DNA of 63,025 bases, the filler included, from Klebsormidium nitens (taxonomy: Eukaryota; Plantae; Klebsormidiophyceae): NCBI GenBank assembly GCA_000708835.1. It is 7 parts of 7 records of this genome, joined end to end, with 100 filler letters (N's around TTAATTAATTAA, not from the genome) between each part and the next. Parts side by side here need not be neighbours in the genome. Positions count along the whole stretch, not along the records: positions 41,278 to 44,320 come from DF238126.1; positions 44,421 to 54,779 come from DF238206.1; 5 more parts are not named here. One strand, written 5' to 3'. The notes under the pieces are model-generated. The model had not been told where the DNA came from. It did no database searches and worked only from the letters and a program-made list of their open reading frames with translations. Made by a program: the position numbers and the translations under genes. Position 1 is the first letter of the stretch. Every line of letters begins with the position of its first letter. Shown here one piece after another: positions 41,278 through 52,034 of the stretch.

Positions 41278-44200
41278 CCTTTTCGGTGGAGCAGCTCGAG
41301 CTCGCAAAAACGTCTTTGAAGGACGGGCTGGGGAATGGCCGAGGTGGTGACGGCATGGCGCACGGCGAGCATTGTGCACCAGACGCCGACGTGGAGGCTT
41401 ACCTCGCGGAGCTTGTCGTCGGCAGTCACGAGAGGGCCGCCTGCGAAGGGCCAAGGTGCTTCTGCAAGCAGCATCCAAGGGTGTTCGGCGGCGCTGATAT
41501 GGACGAGAAGCCCTGCGCAGCGAGGTGCTGCGCGTCTGCTCAAACGAACGGAAAGCGAGTCCGATCGGAGCAAGGAGAAAACTCCAGTGGCGCTGGGAAG
41601 GCGAGTGCGAAATCGGGCAAACGGAGAACCAAATCGTTCTGGGCGGCAAAAGGCATAGAGACGGAGGGTTCGAATGCTGCAACGGGCAGCGCGGGGAAGG
41701 CTGAGTCGGAAACAGCCGACGAGAAGGGGCGGGGAACGGAGAGCGCTCCCCAGGTCGATGATCGGAACGCGCTGTCAATTCCGGTGTGTAACATTTGCGT
41801 GTGCCCCTCGAACGTGTGCACACATGGTGCCTCCCGCGGTGCTGCGACGGTGTTGCCCATGGAAGCTGAGGGCGTGCAGCTGGAAGTGCCCAAGCTCGTT
41901 CGCCCGACGGACTCCTGGCAGGTTCACGACCCCGAGGTGTCGCTGCTGCGAAGGCCCGTTCGAGTGAGCGAGCTCACGGCCCGGGATTTCGAGGAGCTGA
42001 GCGCTGCCGAGAGTCTCTCCGCCCCGTGCCCGCGAGGGCCACCCCCTTGCAAGACCCAATGGTCGGGTTTGTGGCAGAATGCACAAATATACGACTTGTA
42101 TTGGTCGCAAGAGGTAAGTTCACCATCGTGCACGCTTGTAATTGACCCTCTTGCAAAGATTGATTGAATGGCACAACGTCCAACGAACATATGAAAAGAA
42201 TAAAAGAAACATTTTAGTCGAGGGAGATGCTTGACGCAGATTAAATCCGTGTGATGTTGAGTCACTTCTGATCGCGAGTCAGACTAGAGCTCTCAGCCAT
42301 GCTTCTAAGCGAAGCTGTCAATCATCAGACGGCACCTTGGTCTCTGTTTTTGTGCAGGTCAAGCTCCGGATCTACTGCTGCGCATGCCCCAAGAAGCATA
42401 CCGTTCATTTCAATGGGGAGGCCCTCGGCTTGTACGCTTGGACGCGCGGGATGGTCATCACGCAAAAAGCCTGTCAGATACTGCTACGAGACGTTCAGAA
42501 TACGGGTGCTGCTTTCAGCTCGCTCGTTGCAGCTGCAAGCACTGTGCGGCGTCAATTCAACCCCGATGCAACCATCTTGTCAGAGGAGTGTTGGCGTAAG
42601 GCAACCCTTGGCTTCTTCAAGCTGTGTGGGCGGCAGATCATGGAGTGTTGTAGTCTCTGCGGACCACATCCAGAGGTGAGTTTTGCATCACTCATCACTG
42701 GAGTTCTTGGGCACCTTTAAGCATTGCTGACGTCATCACATGCGGACCCATCTCGGCATGTCCGATTGTCCAAAGTCTGGCACCCACGTTTTGCAATCAC
42801 TCGTTGCTAACGTCATCACAACCCCAAGGCAGTCTTGCCGCCGTGTCCAAGTGTCCAAGCTCTGGCACCAACTTTTTGCGGTCGCTTATTGCTGACGTCA
42901 TCAGAGCATGGGCACCTAAGTTATATGAAGTTCACCCTTTCAAGAGCACTGGATCATCTTTTTTGTGAAGGTGCTTCTATGCGACGGCATCGCGGGGCTT
43001 GCTTGCGCTGACGGCACGCGTCAGAAGGGTGGGCTTGCTGGAACGGATGCCGCCTTGCTTCGGCCATTCACGGCGCCTAGTCGGAGCTCTAATGGAGTCA
43101 ACGTGCGGAAAGTCATGGAGGCCGGAAGCAACTACCTGGCGGCGTCTCTTGCGGGAGGAGGCCTGAAAAAGCGTCTCCTGCATCAACCCGAGCTTCGGAC
43201 GCTTCTAGCGCGGTTCAGCGGACACCATGCTGCTGACCCGGAGCTGGGGAAGACGCTGAGTACACGAGAATACGAGGAGCTCCTGGTACGTTTTGACTCC
43301 AGCCCGTTCTCTGCTTGCGGTAGGCCGGATGTTTGAGAGAGGCCGGGTCACTGCCAGTCAAAAGGCGCCCCTCATTTTATAGAGAGAAGGAGGGCCGTTC
43401 TGACTGCCGTGGCCGAGTGTTTGCCAAGAGGCATTACTTCTACCTAAGGATTTGCCGGAAGGGCTACATGCCAGCGCTCTGCTATGGATTTGATCGAGAT
43501 GCAAGCATGGTTTTTTCCTCCCGCAACCTTGTCGGATTGTCAACGCGTTGCAACACATCCCTCTGGTAAACGGGTTCAGTCAAAAGTCGCCCATCATATT
43601 CTAGAGGAATGGATGCGACATTTGACTGTAGTATTTCAGTTCGTTAGATCCAAAAGAAGAACTACAGTGCTCATGCACGCTCGCTTCGAGCAGCTAACCT
43701 GAACTGGCGTCTTTGTGCAGGTCGCGCTTGCCAGGGACGATGTGCAAGTCGTCACGGACTTTGTGCAGGATCCAGATGATGCCGATGCAGACCCGGTGCT
43801 CTTGCACTGGCGCCGACAGATTCCAGCCCATCAGGTCGGCCAGGTTCGGTCGAAGAACAAAGCGGTGCTCGAGCTGCTCGACGGCAACGAAAGAGAAGTG
43901 ATGCAAGACGAGCCTCAATGGCCTCCCCGCTGCCCCCACAGATGGGCGGAATTACTCTACACTCTAGGCGCACCGTTCTCGGTCTCGGACGACTCCAATC
44001 TCATCCAGCATGGAAAGGCCCTGGGGGTGGTCCGCAAGCTTCTGCTAGGGGGAGCCGCAAACGACGACGACAGAGTCGTGCTCGCCGAGCATTCACCAAT
44101 CCTGCGCCGGCTGCTAGACCACTACGGCGACCGCTTTCCCCGGTACTTCCATCCCGCGCTACACCATCTCTACCGTTTGACGCTGTTTGCGCGGGGGGCG

Positions 44201-44320
44201 ATGGGGCTTGGGGTGGGGCGAGCGGGGTGGGCGTTGTCGGCCATCGAAGGCCTCGATGTCTGCGTGTGGCTGGAGCGGGAGCCGAAACCCCTGAGCCTCG
44301 AGCAGCAGCAAGCCTTCGAC
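41278..44320 (+). mobile_element. KDZ (Kyakuja-Dileera-Zisupton)-type transposase gene, copy 1, partial (both ends in gaps). Exons 41278-42113, 42358-42675, 42971-43285, 43721-44320.
   Basis: Spliced in frame. It has CxC-type Cys clusters (CFCKQHP, YCCACPKKH, CSLCGPHP) and the first catalytic Asp context VLLCDG. It is collinear with copy 2, which carries the KDZ core. Confidence 0.8.
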
Positions 44321-44421
44321 NNNNNNNNNNNNNNNNNNNNNNNNNNNNNNNNNNNNNNNNNNNNTTAATTAATTAANNNNNNNNNNNNNNNNNNNNNNNN
44401 NNNNNNNNNNNNNNNNNNNNC

Positions 44422-46515
44422 ACACGAAACGCAAAGGACCATGAGGGTCGGATTGCGGATGCGATGATGAAATTACTTAAAAATAGTGGCTTGGACGGAA
44501 ACGTTCGTTTCAGTGGAAAAGTTTCGCATCGTGGCCCAATGGGTTCATTGTATTCCTTTGTCTGTAACGGCCCACGAAGGTGCATCAATGGACATTGCCA
44601 CAATGGTTCAAACAATTTCACGTTGATAAAACGAGGTTGGGTTGTGCTTTATCGATGCTTTGGATCCGAATGTTCAGAGAAGCCGCTTGTAGAAGTTGGA
44701 AGTCTCAGCCTGACGGACTCACTGCTAGATGCAAATCCTATAAAGTTGCATCCAACATTCGACCATTCGGTTTTTCCTGATAATCGAAGATCTTTATCCG
44801 AGGTTGAACACCAATTGTATGTGGATATCGTCAAACGCAACATTATGCAACGCTATCGAGGGATGGCTGCTATTTTTAGTGCAATCTACGCCGTTGATGG
44901 ACGAATTCTTGCCGAAGGAAAGAATTTCAGATACTGGAACGGACGACGCTGGATTCTGGATGGATCCTTTCATGTACAGTCGGTCTTTTCAAGCCACATC
45001 GCGCGAATCTTGAAATGGTATGCGAATCTACGACTTGCGGCATTCAAGCATGAGATTTGGAAGCTGGCGAAGGAATCGACGGAATGGGAATGTGTATCAG
45101 AAGCTTCGGAATACACTCTTCCAGATTGGGCAACCAAACCGCGGAGCGAAGAAGAAAAGCGCACATGCCGCCGAGCGTGGGAGCTAGTCTCGGCCAACTT
45201 ACCATTTCCTTCAAAAGGTGACTCTGCATGTCAGCTTATAGACCTAACGCGGGGCTCTGAAGTGCGCGTCTGTCTTGAACACGTTCTCAATTCGCTGCAG
45301 ATTCAGGAGGATCTAGATGCTTTGATGGACCTCGCCAATCCAAATCTGTTTGCATGTGCCAATGGAGTGTTGGACACAACAACTGGACTTCTGCTTATGC
45401 CCCATCCTGCACACTTGTGCTCGCGAGCTTCGAAGGTAGCTTTTCGCGGAATGCCTAACTCCGAGTCCCGATTTGCTTCATTCTTGCTAGCGTGCTTCAA
45501 TAATGACAAAGAAGTGCTTGATTGGTACCAACTGTATCTCGGTTACTGCATGACAGCTGATACAAGCGAACAGATATTTCTCGTCAAGCAAGGAGAGGGG
45601 AGTAATGGTAAAACTCTCACGAAAATAGCTTCTTTCGAGATCTTTGGATCGTATGCAGTCGTCATGGACAAGGATCTCATCATTGAAGCGGGGGGCAAGC
45701 GGTCTCCTGGTTCAGCTTCATCACATCTGATAGCATTGAAGGGAGCGAGGTTAGCAGAATCCGATGAGTCAAGCAAAAAGTCTGTCCTTAACGAAGCAAC
45801 AATCAAGGAGTTGTCTGGAGGCGGCTCCATCACGGCAAGAGAGCTTCAAGGCAAGCAAGAGACCTTTATGGTGTCCCATAAGGCCATTCTGAACACCAAT
45901 TACAAGCCCATTATGGAAAATACATCGTTTAGTCTCATCCGCCGTATGGCCCTCCTTCCAATGACAGTGATTTTCAAGTCGGCCGACGATGTTGATCCGC
46001 GGAAAACCAGAGAAAAGCCAAAAGATCCTACCTTGGAAGCTTACTTGAAGTCCGACGAAGGTCGAGAGGATGGACTTTCATGGATTGCAGCCGGGGCAAA
46101 GCGCTACTTTGAGTTGAAACGAGCGAATCCGAGCGCTCTTGTCCTAGAGAAACGACCAAAGGCTATGAAAGACGCCTTGAAGGCGTATGTCAACGACAAC
46201 GATGTTGGCAAACGTTTCATTGAGGAGTGTTGCGAGTTTGAAGAGATGCAAGAGGGTGTACGTGCGAAGTGGCACCTAGCTCTAGGAAAAAGGCTTGGTG
46301 ATGCTTTTCGAGCTTGGATGAAGGAGGAGGAGATCTCTAGTTCTCTGACCGCTCAAGCCCTGAAAAAACGCATTCTCCTCTATGCCGACGGAGCCAACTA
46401 TCGACTCGAAGACGGTCGTTTTACGGATAGATCTGTACAAGATAGAGGGCAATTCAAGGGTCTTAGTGGAGTGCGGTTGAAACCTGATTTTATGCATGAA
46501 ACGGCAGATGGATGA
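44422..46515 (+). CDS. Virus/plasmid-like primase-helicase: PrimPol/UL52-type Zn finger + D5_N + SF3 helicase (P4/D5 family). The reading frame is open back to the gap, so the N-terminus (possible AEP primase domain) is missing.
   Basis: Intronless, at least 683 aa. Zn finger C-INGHC-H-NGSNN..YRC-FGSE-C, D5_N FACANGVLDTTTG, Walker A GEGSNGKT, Walker B LAESDE, motif C ILNTN, Arg finger IRRM. Confidence 0.88.
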   Translation, partial: TRNAKDHEGRIADAMMKLLKNSGLDGNVRFSGKVSHRGPMGSLYSFVCNGPRRCINGHCHNGSNNFTLIKRGWVVLYRCFGSECSEKPLVEVGSLSLTDSLLDANPIKLHPTFDHSVFPDNRRSLSEVEHQLYVDIVKRNIMQRYRGMAAIFSAIYAVDGRILAEGKNFRYWNGRRWILDGSFHVQSVFSSHIARILKWYANLRLAAFKHEIWKLAKESTEWECVSEASEYTLPDWATKPRSEEEKRTCRRAWELVSANLPFPSKGDSACQLIDLTRGSEVRVCLEHVLNSLQIQEDLDALMDLANPNLFACANGVLDTTTGLLLMPHPAHLCSRASKVAFRGMPNSESRFASFLLACFNNDKEVLDWYQLYLGYCMTADTSEQIFLVKQGEGSNGKTLTKIASFEIFGSYAVVMDKDLIIEAGGKRSPGSASSHLIALKGARLAESDESSKKSVLNEATIKELSGGGSITARELQGKQETFMVSHKAILNTNYKPIMENTSFSLIRRMALLPMTVIFKSADDVDPRKTREKPKDPTLEAYLKSDEGREDGLSWIAAGAKRYFELKRANPSALVLEKRPKAMKDALKAYVNDNDVGKRFIEECCEFEEMQEGVRAKWHLALGKRLGDAFRAWMKEEEISSSLTAQALKKRILLYADGANYRLEDGRFTDRSVQDRGQFKGLSGVRLKPDFMHETADG

Positions 46516-46599
46516 TTGGGCAACGACGATACTTTTTGTGCACATTACATGGCTCTCGTGTTGCTTCATTTGGATTGGTTCAATGACAACCATATGGAT

Positions 46600-46981
46600 G
46601 CAGACTAAAAGACCAGAAGACCAGAATTCTAGATCTTTTTCTTTTCATTTTCAAAGAATAACTCACTGATGTAAGGCCTCTCTGTGAAATAAAAAAGATT
46701 GAGAATTTCGGGCTTCTGGTCTTTTGGTTTGAAATCCTATTCTGCCTCAACGACATAGTTCAGTGACAGCCATTTGATCGCAGACTAGAAGACTAGAATA
46801 CGAGGTTTCGAAGACTAGAATTCTAGATCAGTGATAAATATATGATTGCAGACCAAAAGACCAGAAGACCAGAATTCTAGATCTTTTTCATTTCATTTTT
46901 CAATGAATAACCCAATGATATAGTGCCTCTCTGTAGAATAAAAAAGGTTGAGAATCTCGGGCTTCTGGTCTTTTGGTCTGC
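46600..46981. repeat. Two complete (46600-46732, 46848-46981) and one partial (46780-46829) ~134-bp fold-back units with GAC(C/T)AGAA iterons and an AT-rich centre
   Basis: Unit 2 has a perfect 20-bp terminal inverted repeat, GCAGACCAAAAGACCAGAAG / CTTCTGGTCTTTTGGTCTGC. Unit 1 is a near-identical direct copy. Confidence 0.9.
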
Positions 46982-49205
46982 CGCTCTCCTGCGCCAACAT
47001 GTTGATCATCAAATATGTGTGATACGATGAGAGAGTTTGCAACGTCTCATACAAGCATGAGCTACTACCACATGCTAATGTATGGGATCATAAAAAATGA
47101 TTCAATCTCAGTGGCACTGTTTTAGTGTAATAGGCAATATCGAACAAAAGGTGTCCACCAGCGTACGTTACCCGCTACTCTCATCTTAGCGTCATCTACC
47201 CGCACGAGTTCTGAATTTCGGCCACTCACCAAACTGGCTAGAATAATCATGAAAGCTTCGAGCCCAGAGTACCAGCCTAGCGTCTTAAACCTGACGAGGA
47301 AAGAATTGCAACTCTCGACAGCCGAAGTGTTGACCCAACGCACTACGTCATAGTAATCCGGGTTGAATGTTGGTCCGCACTTGTGTCCCTCCGCTCCAGT
47401 TCGCTGAAAGTGGAACCTGTACGCAACATTGCGCAATTATTTGATTGGTTCAAGAAAAAACGCGTTGATCGAGTTGATCATACGGTCAACATCTTCACGA
47501 TGTCAAGCAATCCGACGTGCACGACCAGTCCGGGTGCCGGACGGCAACCACACATGGCTCGTCTAGCTTTCTGCAGATTGAACGGAAAATACAAAACGAG
47601 CAGAACCTAGACACCTTCAGCAGAGATACTAGACGACGGTCAAACGATACTACGCAACTTGCCACTTTCTGCACGGTACTTGCCAGACCTGCCATGCCCC
47701 AACAAATGTTGCAGAATGTGAATTCGTGACGTTTAAAGAGATATAGAGACAATTGCTGGCAACACGGAAGAAGTGAAGAAGAGCTTGTCTCCACCTCACC
47801 TGTCTACCAGGAATCGGACGTCCGCAAAAAATGCCGGCTCGCGTCGCATGCAGTAGGCTCGCAGCTTGCAAGCATTGTCGTAGAAGACAAAGCGAGGCAG
47901 ATTGTGTCGATGTAGTCGTGTGTACAGCACGGCGAATGGATCGCGCGGCGACTCTCCTCGAAGCATGGCATGGAAACCATAAATTACTCGGTGAGGACAG
48001 CAGAACACGAAGCCCCCTTTGGTATGTCTCTGGAGACGCTGCGCGGACTTCGACTTGCTGAGAGTCGCGACCTCAGCGTCAAACTCCCCCACTGTGAGCC
48101 CCCCTCTACATCGATGCTCTTCAGCCCGTTCGATGGATCTGCCTAGCTCGTCTTCAAAAGGTCTGTACTGCGGCAGAGGGCGCTTCTGTTCCCAGCCAAG
48201 CAGAGGATAGCAGCCAAGCAGGCGCTGTTCTTTGCAGAAGGGATGATCGAGAGGTAGATTGGGAGGGATGCTTCCACCTGCTTCTAGGCCTAGCCGCCCG
48301 TTCCAAAGCGCTGTCTCTGGTACTGAGAGCGGGTAGACCCCAGCTTCTGGTTGTGAGAGCTGCTCAACCGCTGGTAGCAAAGCATTTGCCCGCGCCTCCC
48401 AAAATGCAAAAGCTTGCTGGCGGTCCGCGGACCATGCGTGCGGCCGCTCTACTCTGTCTCGCGTTGACCAAACGCAGATGTCTAGCCCCTCGATGGCAGA
48501 GAGCGCGATCCCAGCGCGTCCCACCCCTAGGCCGACCGTTCCGCGGCCAAATAGAGTGAGCCGATATAGATGGTGGAGGGTTGGGAGGAAGAAGGTGGGG
48601 AAGGTGGACCCGTAGTGATCTAACAATCGGCGCAAGATGGGAGAATGCTCAGCCAGAACGGCACGGTCGTCTAGGTTCGCCACACCTCCCAAGAGAAGCT
48701 TTCTGACCACCGCTAGAGCACTGCCATGCTGGATGACATTGCTATCATCTGAGACGGACTTCGGCGTGCCGAGGCTGTAAAGAAGCTCCGACCATCTTCC
48801 AGGGCAACGGGGGGGGCTCTGTCCGGGAATGCTCAGCAGAGACTCTGCCTTGATCCCTTCCATGAGAACCAGCAACGCCCGGTTTTTGGTCCGAATCAAG
48901 CCGGTCTGCTCGAGTAGAAGACGTCGCCGCCAATGAAGGAGAACAGGGTCCGCATCCGGGTCGTTGGGATCTGAAATGAACTCGGTGACGACTTGTACGT
49001 CCGCTCGATCAAGCGCAATCTGCGGTGAAAGCAGCAAAGTACTCAGAGCAGTGCAAACCTCCTCCGGAGCTGTCTAGGTTATGCTTTGATTCAAGTTCTG
49101 CAAAAGCTGGACAAGTCGGTATGCGCTCAATCCTACCGCCGGGGAAGACACGAGACGAGCAAAAGCTAGAGACTTTCAGCGCGGGCGCCACTCCCACACA
49201 GCTTG

Positions 49206-50085
49206 GTTAGATTCGGGTTTGGCAGATTGAAGACATATACAAATCGTGCAGAACCTGGACGCCTCTGGTGCCGGATGCCAACCTCGNNNNNNNNNNNNNN
49301 NNNNNNNNNNNNNNNNNNNNNNNNNNNNNNNNNNNNNNNNNNNNNNNNNNNNNNNNNNNNNNNNNNNNNNNNNNNNNNNNNNNNNNNNNNNNNNNNNNNN
49401 NNNNNNNNNNNNNNNNNNNNNNNNNNNNNNNNNNNNNNNNNNNNNNNNNNNNNNNNNNNNNNNNNNNNNNNNNNNNNNNNNNNNNNNNNNNNNNNNNNNN
49501 NNNNNNNNNNNNNNNNNNNNNNNNNNNNNNNNNNNNNNNNNNNNNNNNNNNNNNNNNNNNNNNNNNNNNNNNNNNNNNNNNNNNNNNNNNNNNNNNNNNN
49601 NNNNNNNNNNNNNNNNNNNNNNNNNNNNNNNNNNNNNNNNNNNNNNNNNNNNNNNNNNNNNNNNNNNNNNNNNNNNNNNNNNNNNNNNNNNNNNNNNNNN
49701 NNNNNNNNNNNNNNNNNNNNNNNNNNNNNNNNNNNNNNNNNNNNNNNNNNNNNNNNNNNNNNNNNNNNNNNNNNNNNNNNNNNNNNNNNNNNNNNNNNNN
49801 NNNNNNNNNNNNNNNNNNNNNNNNNNNNNNNNNNNNNNNNNNNNNNNNNNNNNNNNNNNNNNNNNNNNNNNNNNNNNNNNNNNNNNNNNNNNNNNNNNNN
49901 NNNNNNNNNNNNNNNNNNNNNNNNNNNNNNNNNGATTGAAAGCATATACAAATCGTGCAGAACCTGGACGCCTCTGGTGCCGGATGCCAACCTCGTCCAG
50001 GTTTTGCAGATTGAAAGCATATACAAATCGTGCAGAACCTGGACGCCTCTGGTGCCGGATGCCAACCTCGTCCAGGTTTTGCAAA
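49206..50085. repeat. 75-bp minisatellite (50-bp palindromic core + 25-bp linker) inside a transposase intron, mostly collapsed into a gap
   Basis: GATTGAAAGCATATAC recurs at 49934 and 50009 (period 75), and the same unit lies left of the gap (49225-49286). The core ends are inverted: GTCCAGGTTTTGCA / TGCAGAACCTGGAC. Confidence 0.9.
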
Positions 50086-51599
50086 ACCTAGACAACTCTC
50101 GTGTCGGATGCCATCTTCAAAGGGCTTGTCTAGAATCAGCAGATTCAACCATGTGAGAACTCACCATCAGCTCGTCGAACTCATTGCTGCTCAGGGGTGC
50201 CCCAAGATCAGGGTCTTTTGGATGATGCCGACTGAACCGAGCCAGCAACGTGCGCAACTCCGGTTGGTGCAGAAGACGCCGTTTTGGGCCGCAACCGTCC
50301 AGCCCAGCTGCGCAAAAATTCACGCCCGGCTGCATCACCTTCTCGACGTTCACTCCCGCAGCATCTTGAGTCGGAGCCGTAAACGGCCGCAGATGCGCCG
50401 CGCTCGTGCCAGACAATCCCCCTTTTTGGCGCCCACCGTCCGCGCATGCGAGGCCCGCAATCCCGTCGCAGAGCAGAACCGCGGGGTGAGGCCCGCAGAT
50501 GCTGCAGNNNNNNNNNNNNNNNNNNNNNNNNNNNNNNNNNNNNNNNNNNNNNNNNNNNNNNNNNNNNNNNNNNNNNNNNNNNNNNNNNNNNNNNNNNNNN
50601 NNNNNNNNNNNNNNNNNNNNNNNNNNNNNNNNNNNNNNNNNNNNNNNNNNNNNNNNNNNNNNNNNNNNNNNNNNNNNNNNNNNNNNNNNNNNNNNNNNNN
50701 NNNNNNNNNNNNNNNNNNNNNNNNNNNNNNNNNNNNNNNNNNNNNNNNNNNNNNNNNNNNNNNNNNNNNNNNNNNNNNNNNNNNNNNNNNNNNNNNNNNN
50801 NNNNNNNNNNNNNNNNNNNNNNNNNNNNNNNNNNNNNNNNNNNNNNNNNNNNNNNNNNNNNNNNNNNNNNNNNNNNNNNNNNNNNNNNNNNNNNNNNNNN
50901 NNNNNNNNNNNNNNNNNNNNNNNNNNNNNNNNNNNNNNNNNNNNNNNNNNNNNNNNNNNNNNNNNNNNNNNNNNNNNNNNNNNNNNNACTCGCCTTCCGC
51001 CAGGTCTCGCTGGACAGGGGTTTGGCACCCGGCGAGTACAATCGGCGGACGGCGTTTTTGGCCTCTATAAGAGCGCCGTAGGCGGAGCCAGAGCCTTGCA
51101 CGCATCGGAGCAGCAGCTGGCACGATGCTTGTGTGACGATGACGCTCCTCGTCCACACGTACAAGCCCAGAGTTTCTCCATTGAAGTGGACCGTGTGCTT
51201 CTCCGGACAATTGCAGCAATATATGCGGATCTGCACCTGCACACAGGAAAAATGGACTCGAAATGGTCTCATGCCGTCAAGAAAGGTGAGAAGAGTTGCG
51301 TGATAGGGAGGAGTTTGCCTTTGAGTTTTGTTTAGACCGTTCTCGTATTTGCAAACAGTTCGAATCCTGTCCAGCATTTGCAGTCTAGATTTACGCATAA
51401 AATCTGCAAAACCTGGACAGCCCCACCAACGTGTTTGACAAGAAGAGATTGCCAACAAAAGCTTGGGATAACTTGCGCATGCTCATGCTCTACATAGATT
51501 TATCTAGTTGTCCAACTTCTATGGTCTGCAAAAATTGAGCACAACCCAGTCAATCCTGACGCCACTGAGAGATGGATGCCCACCAAAAAGAGCTTGCTG

Positions 51600-52034
51600 A
51601 AGGAGCAAAATCTAGAGAGCTCCAGCGCGGATGTCGATCGCACACCGACTCGTCTAGCTTTTGCAGAATCGAAGCTATAGAAAGGGTGTGGAATCTAGAC
51701 AGCTGTGGTGCCCGGATGCAAACCACACAGACCATGTCCAGATTTTGCAGATTGAGAGCATATACAAAACGTGCAGAACCTGGACAGCTCCTGCGCGGAG
51801 GAAAATTGGACATTCATTTGTCTAGCTTTTGCAGAATCAAGACATATACAAAGTGTGCAGAATCTAGACAGTACCTGAAAACGACAGCGGCAACCCGGTG
51901 ATGTTATGCATAAAATCTATCGCGCTCAATGAATGTAGAATCTGAAGAGTCTCGATACTGTGCTTGAGAAGCACCGTCTAGCTGTCTAGCTTCTGCGTCC
52001 CTTTGATTACGCCTGATATTTGCAGAACCTAGAC
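51600..52034. repeat. Array of ~50-bp palindromic repeats separated by 34-35-nt diverged spacers (51652-51700, 51736-51785, 51820-51869, 51984-52034)
   Basis: Consensus GTC(T/C)AG.TTTTGCAGA..CATATACAAA..GTGCAGAA(T/C)CT(A/G)GAC. Spacers are 51701-51735 (35 nt) and 51786-51819 (34 nt). Confidence 0.85.

Noticed and set aside
49166-51458. Long ORFs of 200-400 aa in the ORF track
   Set aside because: They consist mostly of X from N gaps. Only the flanking transposase exons are real.
51600-51870. True CRISPR array
   Set aside because: The context is a eukaryotic intron with no cas-like ORF. The repeats are long and degenerate, the spacers are related to each other, and the 75-bp array has identical spacers. 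It is reported as a palindromic repeat family instead.
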